DNA of 64,000 nt from Eledone cirrhosa (taxonomy: Eukaryota): contig OZ024741.1 of the NCBI GenBank assembly GCA_964016885.1, positions 240,188,001 through 240,252,000 on the forward strand, read 5' to 3'. This document shows positions 24,953 through 38,691 of this stretch, piece by piece (the first letter of the stretch is position 1; every line of letters starts with the position of its first letter). The notes under the pieces are model-generated. The model saw nothing but the letters and a program-made list of their open reading frames with translations, had not been told where the DNA came from and searched no databases. A program made the position numbers and the translations under genes.

Positions 24953-27328
24953 TGGGGTAGGTTTTGGTAAAGTTCTTGACTGAACTGAAGCTTCATATTT
25001 ATTCTGTAGCTGACCTTCTGAATAACATTCACTCTTTGATCTCTCAGAATATATATTTCTTTTTATCATCTCTTCTGTATTCCTTGACATAGCAACAGGA
25101 TTGTTAGACTGATACAACAATTGTTTCATCTCTGTTCTACCTTGGTATGCTGTAGTCTTTGTTGTAGTAGCTGTGTTATCTCTGTGTTTAATACATTTCA
25201 TTATACACAGTGTTATAGAAACAACAATAGCCACTGATACTATTACTGCTGATGATACAATGATAATAACCCATGTCATATGGACTCTACCTGAAGATTG
25301 TAAAGGTACACTTTTCAACATTGGTGATGTCTCATTACTAACAGCCAATACCAAAGTCACACTAGTTGCTGATGACTGAACTGGACTACCACTGTCTTTT
25401 ACAACAAACTTTAGTTCATAACTTCCAGCATCATTTAGATAAACTTGTCTGGAGAATGATAAAGCACCACTGTGTGAGTTCATAGTAAACAACTGTTTAT
25501 TATTTCCTTGTATGATTTCATATGTGAGGAAAGCATTGTTTCCACTGTCACCATCAGATGCTCTCAAAACTGTGATGTCACTTTTACTCTGGGGATGGTA
25601 GTGGACATTTAGGGTGTAAGGGTTAACACTAGGAAAGGTGAAGTATGGAACATTGTCATTTTGATCTAAAATCTCAACAACAACATTGGCTGTGTCATTC
25701 AGAGACGGACTTCCATTATCTTTGACAAAAACCTCAAATTTATACACATCTAGTTTCTCTCTGTCTAATGACATGGTGGCTGAAATAAAGCCATAACTGG
25801 TGATCAGAAATGGTAGATTTGATTTTTCTTTATGTATCAGAGAATATGTGAGTTGTCCAGCAGATCCAAGGTCAGGGTCAGTGGCATTGACAAAACCAAT
25901 AGGGAAGTCTTTATCTTTGTTTTCATAGGTCAGGAATTGGAATGTATCTTTGGTAAACTGTGGTTGTACATCATTGATATCAGTCACTTGGATAGAGAGA
26001 GTTTTAACACTTTTAAGAGGAGGTAATCCTTTATCTTGACAGGAGACAGGAATGTTATAGTGTCCTTGTGTTTCTCTGTCTACTGGTTTATTTAGAATTA
26101 TTTTATATTCTTTAGATCCCATTGAATGTAGTTTGAATGTATCATGTTTGATATCACAGCTGACCTCTCCATTTTGTCCAACATCATTGTCAGTGACCAT
26201 CACATAAGCAATGAAACTACCAACTTTAATATCTTCAGAAATGGTAGCTGTGTGGTCATTGATAGCAGAAACATAATCTATATCAATAGATGGAGGGTTG
26301 TTGTGTTGATTGACAATATTTATCAGAACTGTTGCAATGGAACTAAATGGAGGGTTGCCTCCATCTCTGGCTTCTATAAATAATTCATAGGTTTTCTTTT
26401 TTCCCAAACTTGAATATTTATTTAAGAAAATCTTTCCACTAGTTTCATTTAATTGGAAATAACTTTTTGCAAGATCCGATGTCTTTGGACTGAAATGGAA
26501 AGTAATTTTACCATTTTCACCAGAATCAGAATCTGTTACAGATAAAATAATAATGGGTTTAGATTTGTGATGTGTACTTTGTATGGATATATTATATAGA
26601 GGTTTAGAAAATACTGGTGGGTTGTCATTCACATCTATTATAGAGATATTTATATTTAAAATACCTTGTTTTGATGGTGAACCTCCATCTTTAGCTATGA
26701 CCTGTAGTAAATATGTATCTTTGATTTCTCTGTCTAATGATTCTTTTAAAACTATGTTAAGTGAAGAAATACCATCAGCTCTTTTCGAGACAGACAGAGA
26801 GAATGGTTCGCCATTCTTGGATTTTAATTTATATTGTATTAATGAGTTTTGAAAACCAACATCTTTGTCTATGGCATTTGGTAGCGATCTTTTTGAACCT
26901 TTGCGATCATCTTCACCAAACTGTATGTTGACTTGCTTCGTAGGAAACTCAGGTTTATGATCATTGATGTCTTCTATTACTATTTTAATTTTTAGTATTT
27001 TTGTAACACTTGTTCCTTTATTAACAACAACCTTCACAGTTCTAGAACATTCTTTGTTAAATGTACAGAGTTTCTCTGCATCCAGTGTCTGAGCAGTGTA
27101 CAGTTTACCTGTTTTCGTGATATTAAATAACTGTGCCACCTTTCGTTTAAATTGACTGAATGTTATCAATTGTTGGTCAGATGGTTTAACATTGTCTAAA
27201 AGTTTAGAATCAGCAGCAATGTCTGCTACATATGTTCCTGGACTTCTCTCTTCTTCCACATGGTAGGTAAGATCTATGGTCAGAACACAGTGGACCATTG
27301 ATAATACAATAGACAATGACAGTAACAT
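24953..27328 (-). CDS. PCDH: Protocadherin unit 4, large exon
   Basis: 792 codons to CCA|GTAAGT. Acceptor at 27386-27387. Confidence 0.95.
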
Positions 27329-29109
27329 ATTGTTGCTGAAGTGTTGGTCTTGGTTAAAGACGTCCAGATATGTTAAGGATTGAATCTAAAACAGAAGTTT
27401 AAAACATATAATAATAATTGAAACATCAGAAATATAGACAAGAAAAGAAAATGTATTGATTAAAGCACAAGTTAATTGTTTAGTTTCAACATGCTATCAC
27501 TGAAGAATTAGTTGCTGTTGATTTTGGACCTCTGTGAATCCAATCAGTGAATGTGAAATTATTTTGATAAGTGGAACATTCTTTGTGGAAATGGCTGAGC
27601 TTTCCAGAAACACATGTTTCCTTAACTTAGTTCAAAGGGATATTCTCCAGGACACATTATATGACAAGCCTAGTCCTTTGATTTACATGTACAACTCATT
27701 TGGACTAGGGCAACATGAAATAAAGTTTTTTACTCCAGCACAATGATGCTGAATTAAATATCCTTAACACTGAACTACTTTCACTAAAAATTAGCATAGC
27801 ATGCTAATTGTCATATAAATAATATCCAATAACGTAATTGGTTCTTTTATATCATTAATGATATTTCATGAGATGACTAAATATACTGAGTAGTGGGGAT
27901 AGGAAAAGAGAAACAGAGTGTTAGGGATGAGAGCATGATGGAAGGGAGTTAGGTAGCCACATGGTAGCTGTGGGTAAGGAAATTAAATAGAAACAACATA
28001 AGAAGAGGAAATGTAAGTGCAAACATTATACATTCTAGTCTGGAGATATTCAACAATGATGTGTTTGGCTCATATTTTGCTATAACAGCATGATATGGAA
28101 AGGGAGGTAGAGTGATAGAAGGGTGACAGGGTGATGGAAGAGGATGTGATAGATGTCAGTCATGAGTGAAAGAAATAGGAGTAATGTGAGGGAGAGAGTG
28201 ATTGATATGTGATTATGAGAGAGTAAAGATGAAAGGGAGAACAATAAATAGCTGGGGGCAGGGAAACGTAATAGGAATGATAGCTAAAAGACTCAAATAC
28301 AGATATTAATCACAGTGTGGGTGGTAAAAGTGGAAGATGATGGAGACAGAATCAGCCTGTTTTCTATTTGCCATGGAGACAGTATCAAACTGCCTGCCAT
28401 GGACAACCATATGTAAAATAACTATTACATCTGTAACAAAGGTTGATGCAATGTAGAAAGGTCACTCTTATCTCTGGCTGACAATGCCTGATACAATCAG
28501 TTGCCATTACACCCCAACAATGTCCCTGTCCCCTAATAAATTAGCTAAGACAAAATGGGGATACTAGGTTGTTTCTATAAAACACTCTACCATGGCATAT
28601 AATGCAATCGAGACATTAACATTCCACAGTTGTCCTTATGGAGCAATACAGAGCAACACCTTTGTCTTGATATTAGAGGGAAAGTATATATTAAAATGAT
28701 ATTTCTTACCACCCTAGAGTCTATATAGACTAGAAAAGAGTAGTAGTATTGTATAACAAGTGCAGGTAAACTTTTATGGGGTGGTCCCGATTGGAAATGT
28801 TTTAATGTCTTGCAAGGCAAGGTAAATATAAAATGCAACCATGATTATACAAGGTTAAAGAAGCTGCTTATTTTAATCACTTTAATGCTTTTTCATCATA
28901 AATGATAAAAGTTAGAAAGAGAAAGAAGGAAAGCGTAGTGTAGTCGTTAGGCACATTGTTACAGTGGACATCTGATGGTGTTTGAAGAGATGCATGAGTG
29001 TAGACATAAGAATATTTGACTTTAACTGCTGAAGCATGATTGATGCAGAGAAAATGTAATTGGCTTAATTAAGTGGCCAAAGTTGCATAGTGGCTCTATA
29101 TAACTTGAT

Positions 29110-29405
29110 AGAAACGAGTTACGCCCCTTAGATCTAAAATTCTGTCTCAAGCCTCAAGGCGCATTTTGGCTGATACCTATCCTAGTTTCCTTAATCAATT
29201 GAATACAAGATTCCGCACTAGACAGGACACCAGTTCTTTGCAGGGTTAAATCCCCAGCTACGGCTGGAACTCATTTTCAGCTGAGTGTATTGGAGAAACG
29301 AGAAATGAAGTGATTTATTGAAAAAGATATCACACATCTAGTCCTGGAATCAAACCCACAACATTTATGATCTTAAGTACAACACCCTAACCATTAAGCC
29401 ACAGG
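29110..29405 (-). mobile_element. tRNA-headed SINE (head/core like 10480-10610, different tail)
   Basis: Minus strand tggcttaatggttagg...tttgattccagg head and shared cagctgagt core. Confidence 0.55.
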
Positions 29406-29754
29406 CCTTAGATCAACAGATGAAACTGGTGGTTGAAAATATTTGAGGCAATAAGGTTTACTTCAATAGTTCAACTATTCACATTTGTGCACCAAAAAAT
29501 GCTTACTATATCTTACAGGGGGTAATTCTTCCCAGTAAGATCAGTTTTCTCTTTACACATCTTACATAAGATACACAAGCAGTCTTTATCTGACAAGTAA
29601 TTATTTGTTTCTTCAGACCCTTTGTAAAAAAAATAAAAACCTAAACTTCTATTAAATGTAAGTTATAGTCATTCATTGCATCAATCATTCCTGGAGATCA
29701 AGGAAGTTTGTATAATACTGATATTTAGGAATAAGACTTTCCTCTGAGATTATT

Positions 29755-30122
29755 AGTACCAGATTTAATAAAGATATGACAAACACTTGATTTCACCAAG
29801 ATACAAAAAGCACCAGATCTAATGAAAATGTGACAAGCACTATTTCTAATAAAGATATGCTCAGCACCAGATCTCGTGAAGATATGAATAGCACTTGATC
29901 TAATGAAGATATGACTAGCACCACAGCAAATAAATATATGACCAACATTATGAAAAATGAAAATTTGACAAGCACAAGATCTAATGAAGACATGACTAGC
30001 ACAAACAACAATTAAGATATGACCAACATTATGTCTAAAGTAGATATGACAAGCAATAGGAATAATAAAGATATAACTAGCAGCAGATCTAAATTGAAAA
30101 TATGACCAGCACTAGGTCTAAA
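29755..30122. repeat. Degenerate 27-bp minisatellite (consensus ~agatctaatgaagatatgactagcacc), ~13 copies
   Basis: Recurring agatctaat..gatatgac..gcac at 27-nt spacing. Confidence 0.7.
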
Positions 30123-30709
30123 TGTTAGTTACAATCATTTTCAGAATCAGAATACCAGCTATATTCTGAAAAGTCAATCCAGAATTAAATTGTAGAATGT
30201 AACCTAGTTTCATATTGTTTAAAGTATGTTTACAATAGTCAATCTAAATATAAGTAATTATATAATTGTTTCTGAGAAGTATGACTGCTATTAACTGATG
30301 ACAGACTCTCAGATCAGGAGAGAATAAGTAACATGATTTGACTGATATAAAGATAGAACATGCTATAAGAAACAAAGTGCAAAATGTTTCAGAAGACATT
30401 CAGTGTAACTAGCAAAGTTGGTTGACTATGTTGATCATAATTAATATTAAGTTTATGTATATTATTAAAAAAAAAACAACACTACATCCTTTGACACCTC
30501 CATGCTTCTCGAAATTCACCAAGACTACACCTGATATTCCCCCTCCATACACATGCACACGTGTGTGGTGTGTGTATATCATGACACATACACTGTTCAC
30601 TTTCATAACGTTTGTACATTATACTATGTACTATACATACACTTTTGATGAATTGTAGTGTACCTGTACATAATAATAATAATAATAATTGTTTCTACTT
30701 TAGGCACAA

Positions 30710-31646
30710 TCGGGCAATGTGATCGGTGGAAACTCCACCTTGGCGTTCTATAGAGGATTAGTGGAGAGGAAGAGCGACAACGTACTTGGGGAAACTCTAG
30801 GCGTCGACGAAAATCAACTAGCCAATCTCTTCAGAAGAACTTTCGGGCCGGGGCCTATGGACAACTTCCAGAAATCCCTGGCCTGGCGGTGCTACCGAGT
30901 AGCTTTGCCAGTTCGGGATAAACTCTACAGGCATGGAGGTGCCATCAGTCGGGCATGTCCGAGATGCGCGCAGGGCGACGAAACCGTCCTGCACTCACTC
31001 GTCCAGTGTCCGAGCATTGCTGACTTGTGGGTTTATGTCGAACACCTGCTGTCACGTGTAGGGCGGATCCAGCTATCAGCTGAGTCCATCGTGAGGATTG
31101 CCCCGTCCTCTTCCTTTAGCCGGGAAGGGCAGGCAGTTTTTATCTGTCTGCTGGCCATGGCAAAAGAGATAGTATGGTGGACACATTTGAAAGGGCTGAA
31201 GACGTGTACTTACCTCTTAGGTGATGCCCTGATTAACTTTTTCAAATTTCATTTAAAAAGGAAAATCAGGGTAGAGAGGGAAGTGTTCTCTTCCCAGCAT
31301 GTTGTTAAAAGATGGGTGAGAGAGGCAAGAATGGCCCGAGTGAGTGGGCCTACTCTGAGTATGTGTCTGTAAATTAAAGGTGGAAAACTGGGAGAGGGCA
31401 CTTGCCCTGGTGGTCAGGGTCACTGTGGCTTTTAATGGGCTTTCTCCACGAATGTCCCTCGGAAGTCTACCCCGTATTGGGGAATTTTTCATTGTTATTT
31501 TTTTGTTACACCCTCTGTTTTTGTTTTTTACACGCAGAAATGCTCATTTGTACCGTCCTGTATTGTCCTGTACTGTCCTTAATGTCTACTTTATGTAAAC
31601 CCTTGTGGTTAATAAAGAAATCATTATTATTATTATTATTATTATT
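30710..31646 (+). mobile_element. 3' fragment of Tx1/L1-clade LINE (C-terminal zinc knuckle)
   Basis: ORF 30719-31372 with CPRC...ETVLHSLVQC (zf-RVT-like). AATAAA then (TTA)n tail. Confidence 0.8.
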
Positions 31647-32424
31647 GAAACATATCTAACTATGCAAAAATGAAGCTTGATGAATTGTATTTTTATTTCA
31701 TTTGTCAACTTAGTTATATATAGAATACAATTCAACTTTAATTTCTCCAGAATATTAGCTTTAAAAATGCTTCAAGACTCATAAAATATTAGATAATACA
31801 GTGTAGAATATGATAAAAAATTTACATAGAAATTATAGAAATAAATAAATTATGAAAGCAGTTGAAATACGTTTTAAATATTTGATTTTGTTGACAAATA
31901 TAAAAATATAAATTATAAGTATATTTATGCAAGCATGGAAAAATAAACGTTAAACTGTGATGATGACTTAATATTGTCTATTTTTTAAAACTCCAAATGG
32001 GCTAGGTCCTTCTAATTTTAATGTCTTCTACAACGTGCCACCAAGTTTTTATTCTCATCCTGACTGCTGTAAATCCTAACATGTCCGCCATTATCCCTAA
32101 CCCATATATACAATATATAAAACACCATTATCTTATCACTGCCAACAATCTACTTCAATGCATTGTGACATATATCTTTATATCATATACTAAACATTAT
32201 AATATCTTTTATATATCATCTAGAATATAGATACATTACATTTTACTTACAACAAAAACAAACACACATTTTAAAACAGCATTATACAGACTGTTACTGT
32301 TCAATATATGTAACAAATAATATACAGACACTGATAATACTGTTTTTATAAAATAAAGTTTGAAAATGAATCATTTTAATCAACATCATCTAAAACAATA
32401 TGCACAACTTCACTGAAAAATAAA

Positions 32425-32990
32425 TGTGAATTATTGTTCAATCTCTTTGTTCTCAAGTTAATATTAAATATGTTAAAATAATATCTTACAGATTTACTGA
32501 GATTTAGTATATAAAATGAGATTATAAAATGGGATTAAACAGAAACTTACCTCTTTAATAATTATATCATTGGTTATTCAGTGAGAATAGAAAGATGTAT
32601 TGTTGTAGAAAGCTCCATTGTAAGTGCTGCTGTAACGGTGTGTGACAATGGCTGTATGTTGATGGAGTAGTGTAGCACGTCAGGCAGATAGTCTGCTGCT
32701 AGGATAGGGTTGTGTGTGTTATTGAAGTTGTATGTTTGTGGCAGTACATCCCTCTAATAATATTGTGTATGTATTTATCCTTAAAGATGATGTTTGTTTA
32801 CTGCTATCAATAACTATTTACATATATATAGATATATATTTAAATAGCTACAATATTCTATATAGTTAAACATAACATGTTTGGTTTAATAACATCAGTA
32901 ATGTCAATGTTTTTCTTTGTTAGTGATTTCTGTCTATGTTTTAGTGAGAATTTGATTGGTTGAATTACCTAAACAGAAGACCAATGACAG
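32425..32990 (-). promoter_or_regulatory. Conserved promoter + non-coding exon 1 of unit 4 (donor at 32551/32550; CCAAT 32955-32959, 32981-32985)
   Basis: Near-identical core. Similarity to units 1-3 stops right after accaatga. Confidence 0.78.
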
Positions 32991-33944
32991 ATGTTCCTTT
33001 TCATATTGATTTGACATACCAAAATACCTTTAATTTATTCAAAGCGAGATTATATGATGTTCATCCATTCTTATATAGATTACTGATAATAATTATCTCT
33101 ATATTCCATTATATCATCCCTAAACTTCAATGTCAGTTTTCTTATTAAAAATTATCTATATTCATATTTTACTTGGAATGGTTCTATTTTGTCACAAGAA
33201 ACTATTTGACAATGTGATGTCAGATTAAATTAGAAATGTTTTTTATAGCTAAAATTAAATGAAATAAAAAAGCTATAATTACTGATATTTGTGAAATATT
33301 TATATCTTTAAATAGCAACATAATAATTGTTTCTACCTTAGGCACAAATAGCAACTTAATAATAATAATTGTTTCTACATTCGACAAAAGGCTAGCAATT
33401 TGAAGGGAGGGGAAAGTCTGCTAAATCGATCCCAGTGCGTTAAAATAAGAAGACACCTGTCTCATCCTGGTTTGGAGAAATGCAAGGTGGCCTCAGCAAC
33501 AGATTATTTTGTTCTGTTGATTCCGTCAATACAGTAGAAAGAGATAAATCCTCAGACCAATGGAACAATGTGAAATAAAGTGTCATGCTCAAAGACAACA
33601 TTTCACTTGGGGCAAGCAGAAATCAAACTCACGACCTTACAATCCTGAACTGAACATCATAACCAGTAAGCCAAACACCGCCACTGACATTTTATTTTAT
33701 CAACCCTCTAATGATAAAAAGCAAACCTAACCTCAGCAGGATATGAACTCAGAACATAATGAACTGTCACTAAAACATTTTGTTTGGCACTCAACAATTC
33801 TACCAATCCCCTGCACTTAATAAAATAAATCATGGGAAAGGAAAAAATTGGACAGAGAAGCCTGTGAGGAATCAAACTACACATCTCTCGTATGACAAGT
33901 GAGCATGCTTAACGAATACATCAAAGGGTTCCTGACATAATAGT

Positions 33945-34237
33945 AATAATAAATGAGATACGAACCACTAGCATGGAAGATAAAACATTTGTGGGCAATG
34001 AAAATGGTTAAGGTCATCCCAGTTTTAGACAGGGCGCTTGGTACAGTGAGCACCAGAATTGAAACTATTTTTTTAAAATCAAGGCCAATATCAGGGGTGG
34101 GGTCCTTACAGAAAACAACACTTCTTGGAACTGCTAGAATATTTAGAAAAGTGATTGACAATTGAATGTGTCACTGCAGTCAACTGGCATCACCACCAAC
34201 AAATGCTGTGTGACAAGTGAATAATAATAATAATAAC
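33945..34237 (+). mobile_element. R4/Dong-like non-LTR element 3' end (restriction-like endonuclease C-terminus) in a TAA tract
   Basis: RYEPLAWKIKHLW...VKVIPV...ALGTV...LQKTTLLGTARIFRKV, flanked by TAA repeats. Confidence 0.65.
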
Positions 34238-35014
34238 TTCTGGATTATTTTACCAATCTTACAACTACATGGTATATCACCTAATACTAATGAGTTTATA
34301 GTCTTTTGATGCTTCAGGTAGGGACTTGGGGGAAAATCATACAGAAGGAAGCATAAGCAAAAGATAATAATTTATAACATTAGTACAATATGAAATATTT
34401 AAAGGAAGAGTGATTATCATCCATTTTACATGTGTTTTTCCATGCTTGCATAGGCTGGATGAGATCTTTTGTGACAGGTCTGTTTGATTAAATACACACC
34501 CATTATGTCACTGGTACTTTATTTTAACAGCCTCAATAAAAGGAAACACTCAGTAGATCTTAGTTAGATTTTGGTTTTGCTTTTTATGCCTTATAAGTAA
34601 ATTACCATTCAGGAAAGCAGTTAATAAAATTGATTTTACTTCTCTTCCAGGAATTGCAGTGTTGTGCCTATGTTAGAATTGTAAAATAATATCTGACCAA
34701 CAATAGAATCATTTTTTTGTTTTAAAAATAGACACTGTGTCATGAAGTATAGATGTATTCATCTAGTTAGGCATAGAACTTTAAACATACTAAAAAAGAA
34801 AATAAAGAAGGTTAATTGACTCAAAGGAAAAAAGTACTAATTTCCAGAACTTAGTTTACTTAAAGAAACATTGCTCATTTGTTGACACCTGTTTTTATAT
34901 TGCTGTTCAGACCATATAATAAAGAATATGTATGTTGATAGTGTATGCATTACTGATTTATCTATATTTTATATTCACATACAGAGAGCTTGTTATGTCA
35001 CTTGAATAGTATAA

Positions 35015-35091
35015 TTATACATGTTTCACTGGTGTTTCTTCACTGGAATCTTTCGATGTAGATGTATCGTTGTTTTTATATATATTTTGAT
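35015..35091 (-). CDS. Unit 5 exon 4 (terminal coding exon)
   Basis: ttacag| acceptor. Conserved island in poorly alignable flanks. TCA>TCG and AAG>AAA synonymous changes. Confidence 0.82.
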
Positions 35092-35253
35092 CTGTAATTT
35101 AGATACAAAATTAGACTTTTGGCAATATATTAAACTTATTAATGTATTTATAAAAAAAAACTCCCTTATGAATTATATTCATTTTAAATAGCTGTATTTA
35201 TCTACATTTAAGACAATAAAACAAAATATAATATAAGCAAAGTAGATATTAAC

Positions 35254-35419
35254 CTGATATTCCTGGTAATTCTTCATAATGTTTCATATCACCTTCATTC
35301 AATACACGTCTACTACTTCTCTTAGATGACATTGTATCTGATGTATAGTTACAAACTATAGGAGGATTATCTTCCACAGCATCATCACTTGATGTCACCA
35401 CAACAGGTTGACAGTATTT
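35254..35419 (-). CDS. Unit 5 exon 3 (cytoplasmic, ...HYEELPGIS)
   Basis: 166 nt, conserved splice sites; absent from the ORF track. Confidence 0.85.
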
Positions 35420-35602
35420 CTGTTGACAAACAAACCAAGAGAAATGTGGGGAGACATCAAATAATCCTAGTTACAATAAACATGTAGTTTACAATTTAAT
35501 ATTGGACTATATTATTGAAGATAAAACATTGTTAAAATAATCTTATTGTTTATCTTTTATGTTTAAAGTAAAGATAGAAAAAATTTTAATCTTTTCACTT
35601 AC

Positions 35603-37978
35603 TGGGGTAGGTTTTGGTAAAGTCCTTGACTGAACTGAAGCTTCATATTTATTCTGTAGCTGACCTTCTGAATAACATTCACTCTTTGATCTCTCAGAAT
35701 ATATATTTCTTTTTATCATCTCTTCTGTATTCCTTGACATAGCAACAGGATTGTTAGACTGATACAACAATTGTTTCATCTCTGTTCTACCTTGGTATGC
35801 TGTAGTCTTTGTTGTAGTAGCTGTGTTATCTCTGTGTTTAATACATTTCATTATACACAGTGTTATAGAAACAACAATAGCCACTGATACTATTACTGCT
35901 GATGATACAATGATAATAACCCATGTCATATGGACTCTACCTGAAGATTGTAAAGGTACACTTTTCAACATTGGTGATGTCTCATTACTAACAGCCAATA
36001 CCAAAGTCACACTAGTTGTTGATGACTGAACGGGACTACCACTGTCTTTTACAACAAACTTTAGTTCATAACTTCCAGCATCATTTAGATAAACTTGTCT
36101 GGAGAATGATAAAGCACCACTGTGTGAGTTCATAGTAAACAACTGTTTATTATTTCCTTGTATGATTTCATATGTGAGGAAAGCATTGTTTCCACTGTCA
36201 CCATCAGATGCTCTCAAAACTGTGATGTCACTCTTACTCTGGGGATGGTAGTGGACATTTAGGGTGTAAGGGTTAACACTAGGAAAGGTGAAATAGGGAA
36301 CATTGTCATTTTGATCTAAAATCTCAACAACAACATTGGCTGTGTCATTTAGAGATGGACTTCCATTATCTTTGACAAACACTTCAAATTTATACACATC
36401 TAGTTTCTCTCTGTCTAATGACATGGTGGCTGAAATAAAGCCATAACTGGTGATCAGAAATGGTAGATTTGATTTTTCTTTATGAATCAGAGAATATGTG
36501 AGTTGTCCAGCAGATCCAAGGTCAGGGTCAGTGGCATTGACAAAACCAATAGGGAAGTCTTTATCTTTGTTTTCATAGGTCAGGAATTGGAATGTATCTT
36601 TGGTAAACTGTGGTTGTACATCATTGATATCAGTCACTTGGATAGAGAGAGTTTTAACACTTTTAAGAGGTGGTAATCCTTTATCTTGACATGAGACAGG
36701 AATGTTATAGTGTCCTTGTGTTTCTCTGTCTACTGGTTTGTTTAGAACTATTTTATATTCTTTAGATCCCATTGACTGCAGTTTGAATGTATTATGTTTG
36801 ATATCACAGCTGACCTCTCCATTTTGTCCAACATCATTGTCAGTGACCATCACATAAGCAATGAAACTACCAACTTTGATCTTCTCAGAAATGGTTCCTG
36901 AGTTATAATTGGTTGCAGAAACATAATCTATATCAATAGATGGAGGGTTGTTGTGTTGGTTTATAACATTTACCAGAACTGTTGCTATAGAACTATGAGG
37001 AGGGCTACCTCCATCTCTGGCCTCAATAAATAATTCATAGGTTTTCTTTTTTCCTAAACTTGAATATTTATTTAAGAAAATGTTTCCAGTAGCTTCATTT
37101 AATTGGAAATAACTTTTTGCTAGATCTGATGTCTTTGGGCTGAAATGGAAAGTAATTTTACCATTTTCACCAGAATCAGCATCTGTTACAGATAAAACAA
37201 TAATGGGTTTAGATTTGTGATGTGTACTTTGTATGGATATATTATATAGAGGTTTAGAAAATACTGGTGGGTTGTCATTCTCATCTATTATAGAGATATT
37301 TATATTTAAAATACCTTGTTTTGATGGTGAACCTCCATCTTTAGCTATGACCTGGAGTAAATATGTATCTTTGATTTCTCTATCTAATGATTCTTTTAAA
37401 ACTATTTTAAGAGAAGAAATACCATCTGCTCTTTTAGAGACTGACAGAGAGAATGGTTCTCCATTCTTGGATTTTAATTTATACTGTATTAATGAGTTTT
37501 GAAACCCTACATCCTTGTCCATGGCATTTGGTATTGATCTTCTTGTACCTTTGCTAATATCTTCACCAAACTGTATGTTGATGTTTTTTATAGGAAACTC
37601 TGGTTGATGGTCATTGATGTCTTCTATTACTATTTTGATTTTTATGATTTTTGTGAATGTTTCCACTTTCTTTATGATAATTTTAACAGTTCTAGAACAT
37701 TCTTTGTTAAATGTACAGAGCTTCTCTGCATCCAGTGTCTGAGCAGTGTACAGTTTACCTGTTTTAGTGATATTAAATAAGTGTGCCACCTTTCGTTTGA
37801 ATTGACTGAATGTTATCAATTGTTGGTCAGATAGTTTAACATTGTCTAAAAGTTTAGAATCAGCAGCAATGTCTGCTACATATGTTCCTGGACTTCTCTC
37901 TTCTTCCACATGGTAGGTAAGGTCTATGGTCAGAACACAGTGGACCATTGATAATACAATAGATAATGACAGTAACAT
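35603..37978 (-). CDS. PCDH: Protocadherin unit 5, large exon
   Basis: 792 codons to CCA|GTAAGT. Acceptor tttctgtttcag| at 38068-38069. Confidence 0.95.
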
Positions 37979-38554
37979 ATTGTTGTTGATATTGTGATGG
38001 TACTTGTTAAATATATCCGGATAAATTGATACCGGTGAAAGATGTCGAGCTATGCTGAAGTTTGAATCTGAAACAGAAATTTATGTCTATTAAACATATA
38101 TTATTAGACATTTTAATAGATTGTAACACAAAATAATATATGCATGGTTTCAGAATTGTATTATTATAAAAATTAAGAAAATATTAATCAATGGTTCATT
38201 TTCGAAAACTATATGTAACTGTAATGTTATGATTTGAAAGTCCTTACCCTGAATAATTTGTAATGCTACTTGCAGTGTTGGACATTTAGGTTCTCATACA
38301 TTATTCCCTTACAGGAAACAAAGCAGACAACCTCATATTGGAGACTTGGTCTTCTAGAAATGTTTTAAAGTGCTATATCTACTCTCAAGAATAGTACTAT
38401 TAGTTTCCACAAATGTCTTTTCTAACACATCTATATAAGGTGACACTGTTACAACATCCTAACATTTAATGGTCTCCACTATCGCCTCATACTGTAACCA
38501 GACAAACATCCAATACAGTCATTTTCTCTTTTACCTGTCTTCTCTTATCATCTG

Positions 38555-38587
38555 TTTACCCGGGCGAAGCTGGGTACGCCAGCTAGT
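38555..38587 (+). mobile_element. Helitron-like 3' terminus
   Basis: GC hairpin tacccgggcgaagctgggta followed by CTAG|T at 38583-38587; 5' end not identified. Confidence 0.55.
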
Positions 38588-38691
38588 TCATATTTAAGCT
38601 AGTGTGTGAAATATAACTTAAAAGTCCTTACAGCATATTTTGATGGAAGGTTTTTAGATAAATATTAATACTTTAACATAAACAGCTTTAA

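Noticed and set aside
27880-28860. Purine-rich tract plus possible Penelope-like RT remnant
   Set aside because: Only vague motif resemblance; cannot be supported without a profile search.
110-37502. Recurrent plus-strand ORFs (MNQRICELSS..., MLSLCLIHF..., MDILYRGLE...)
   Set aside because: Antisense shadows of duplicated protocadherin coding sequence; recurrence reflects paralogy only.
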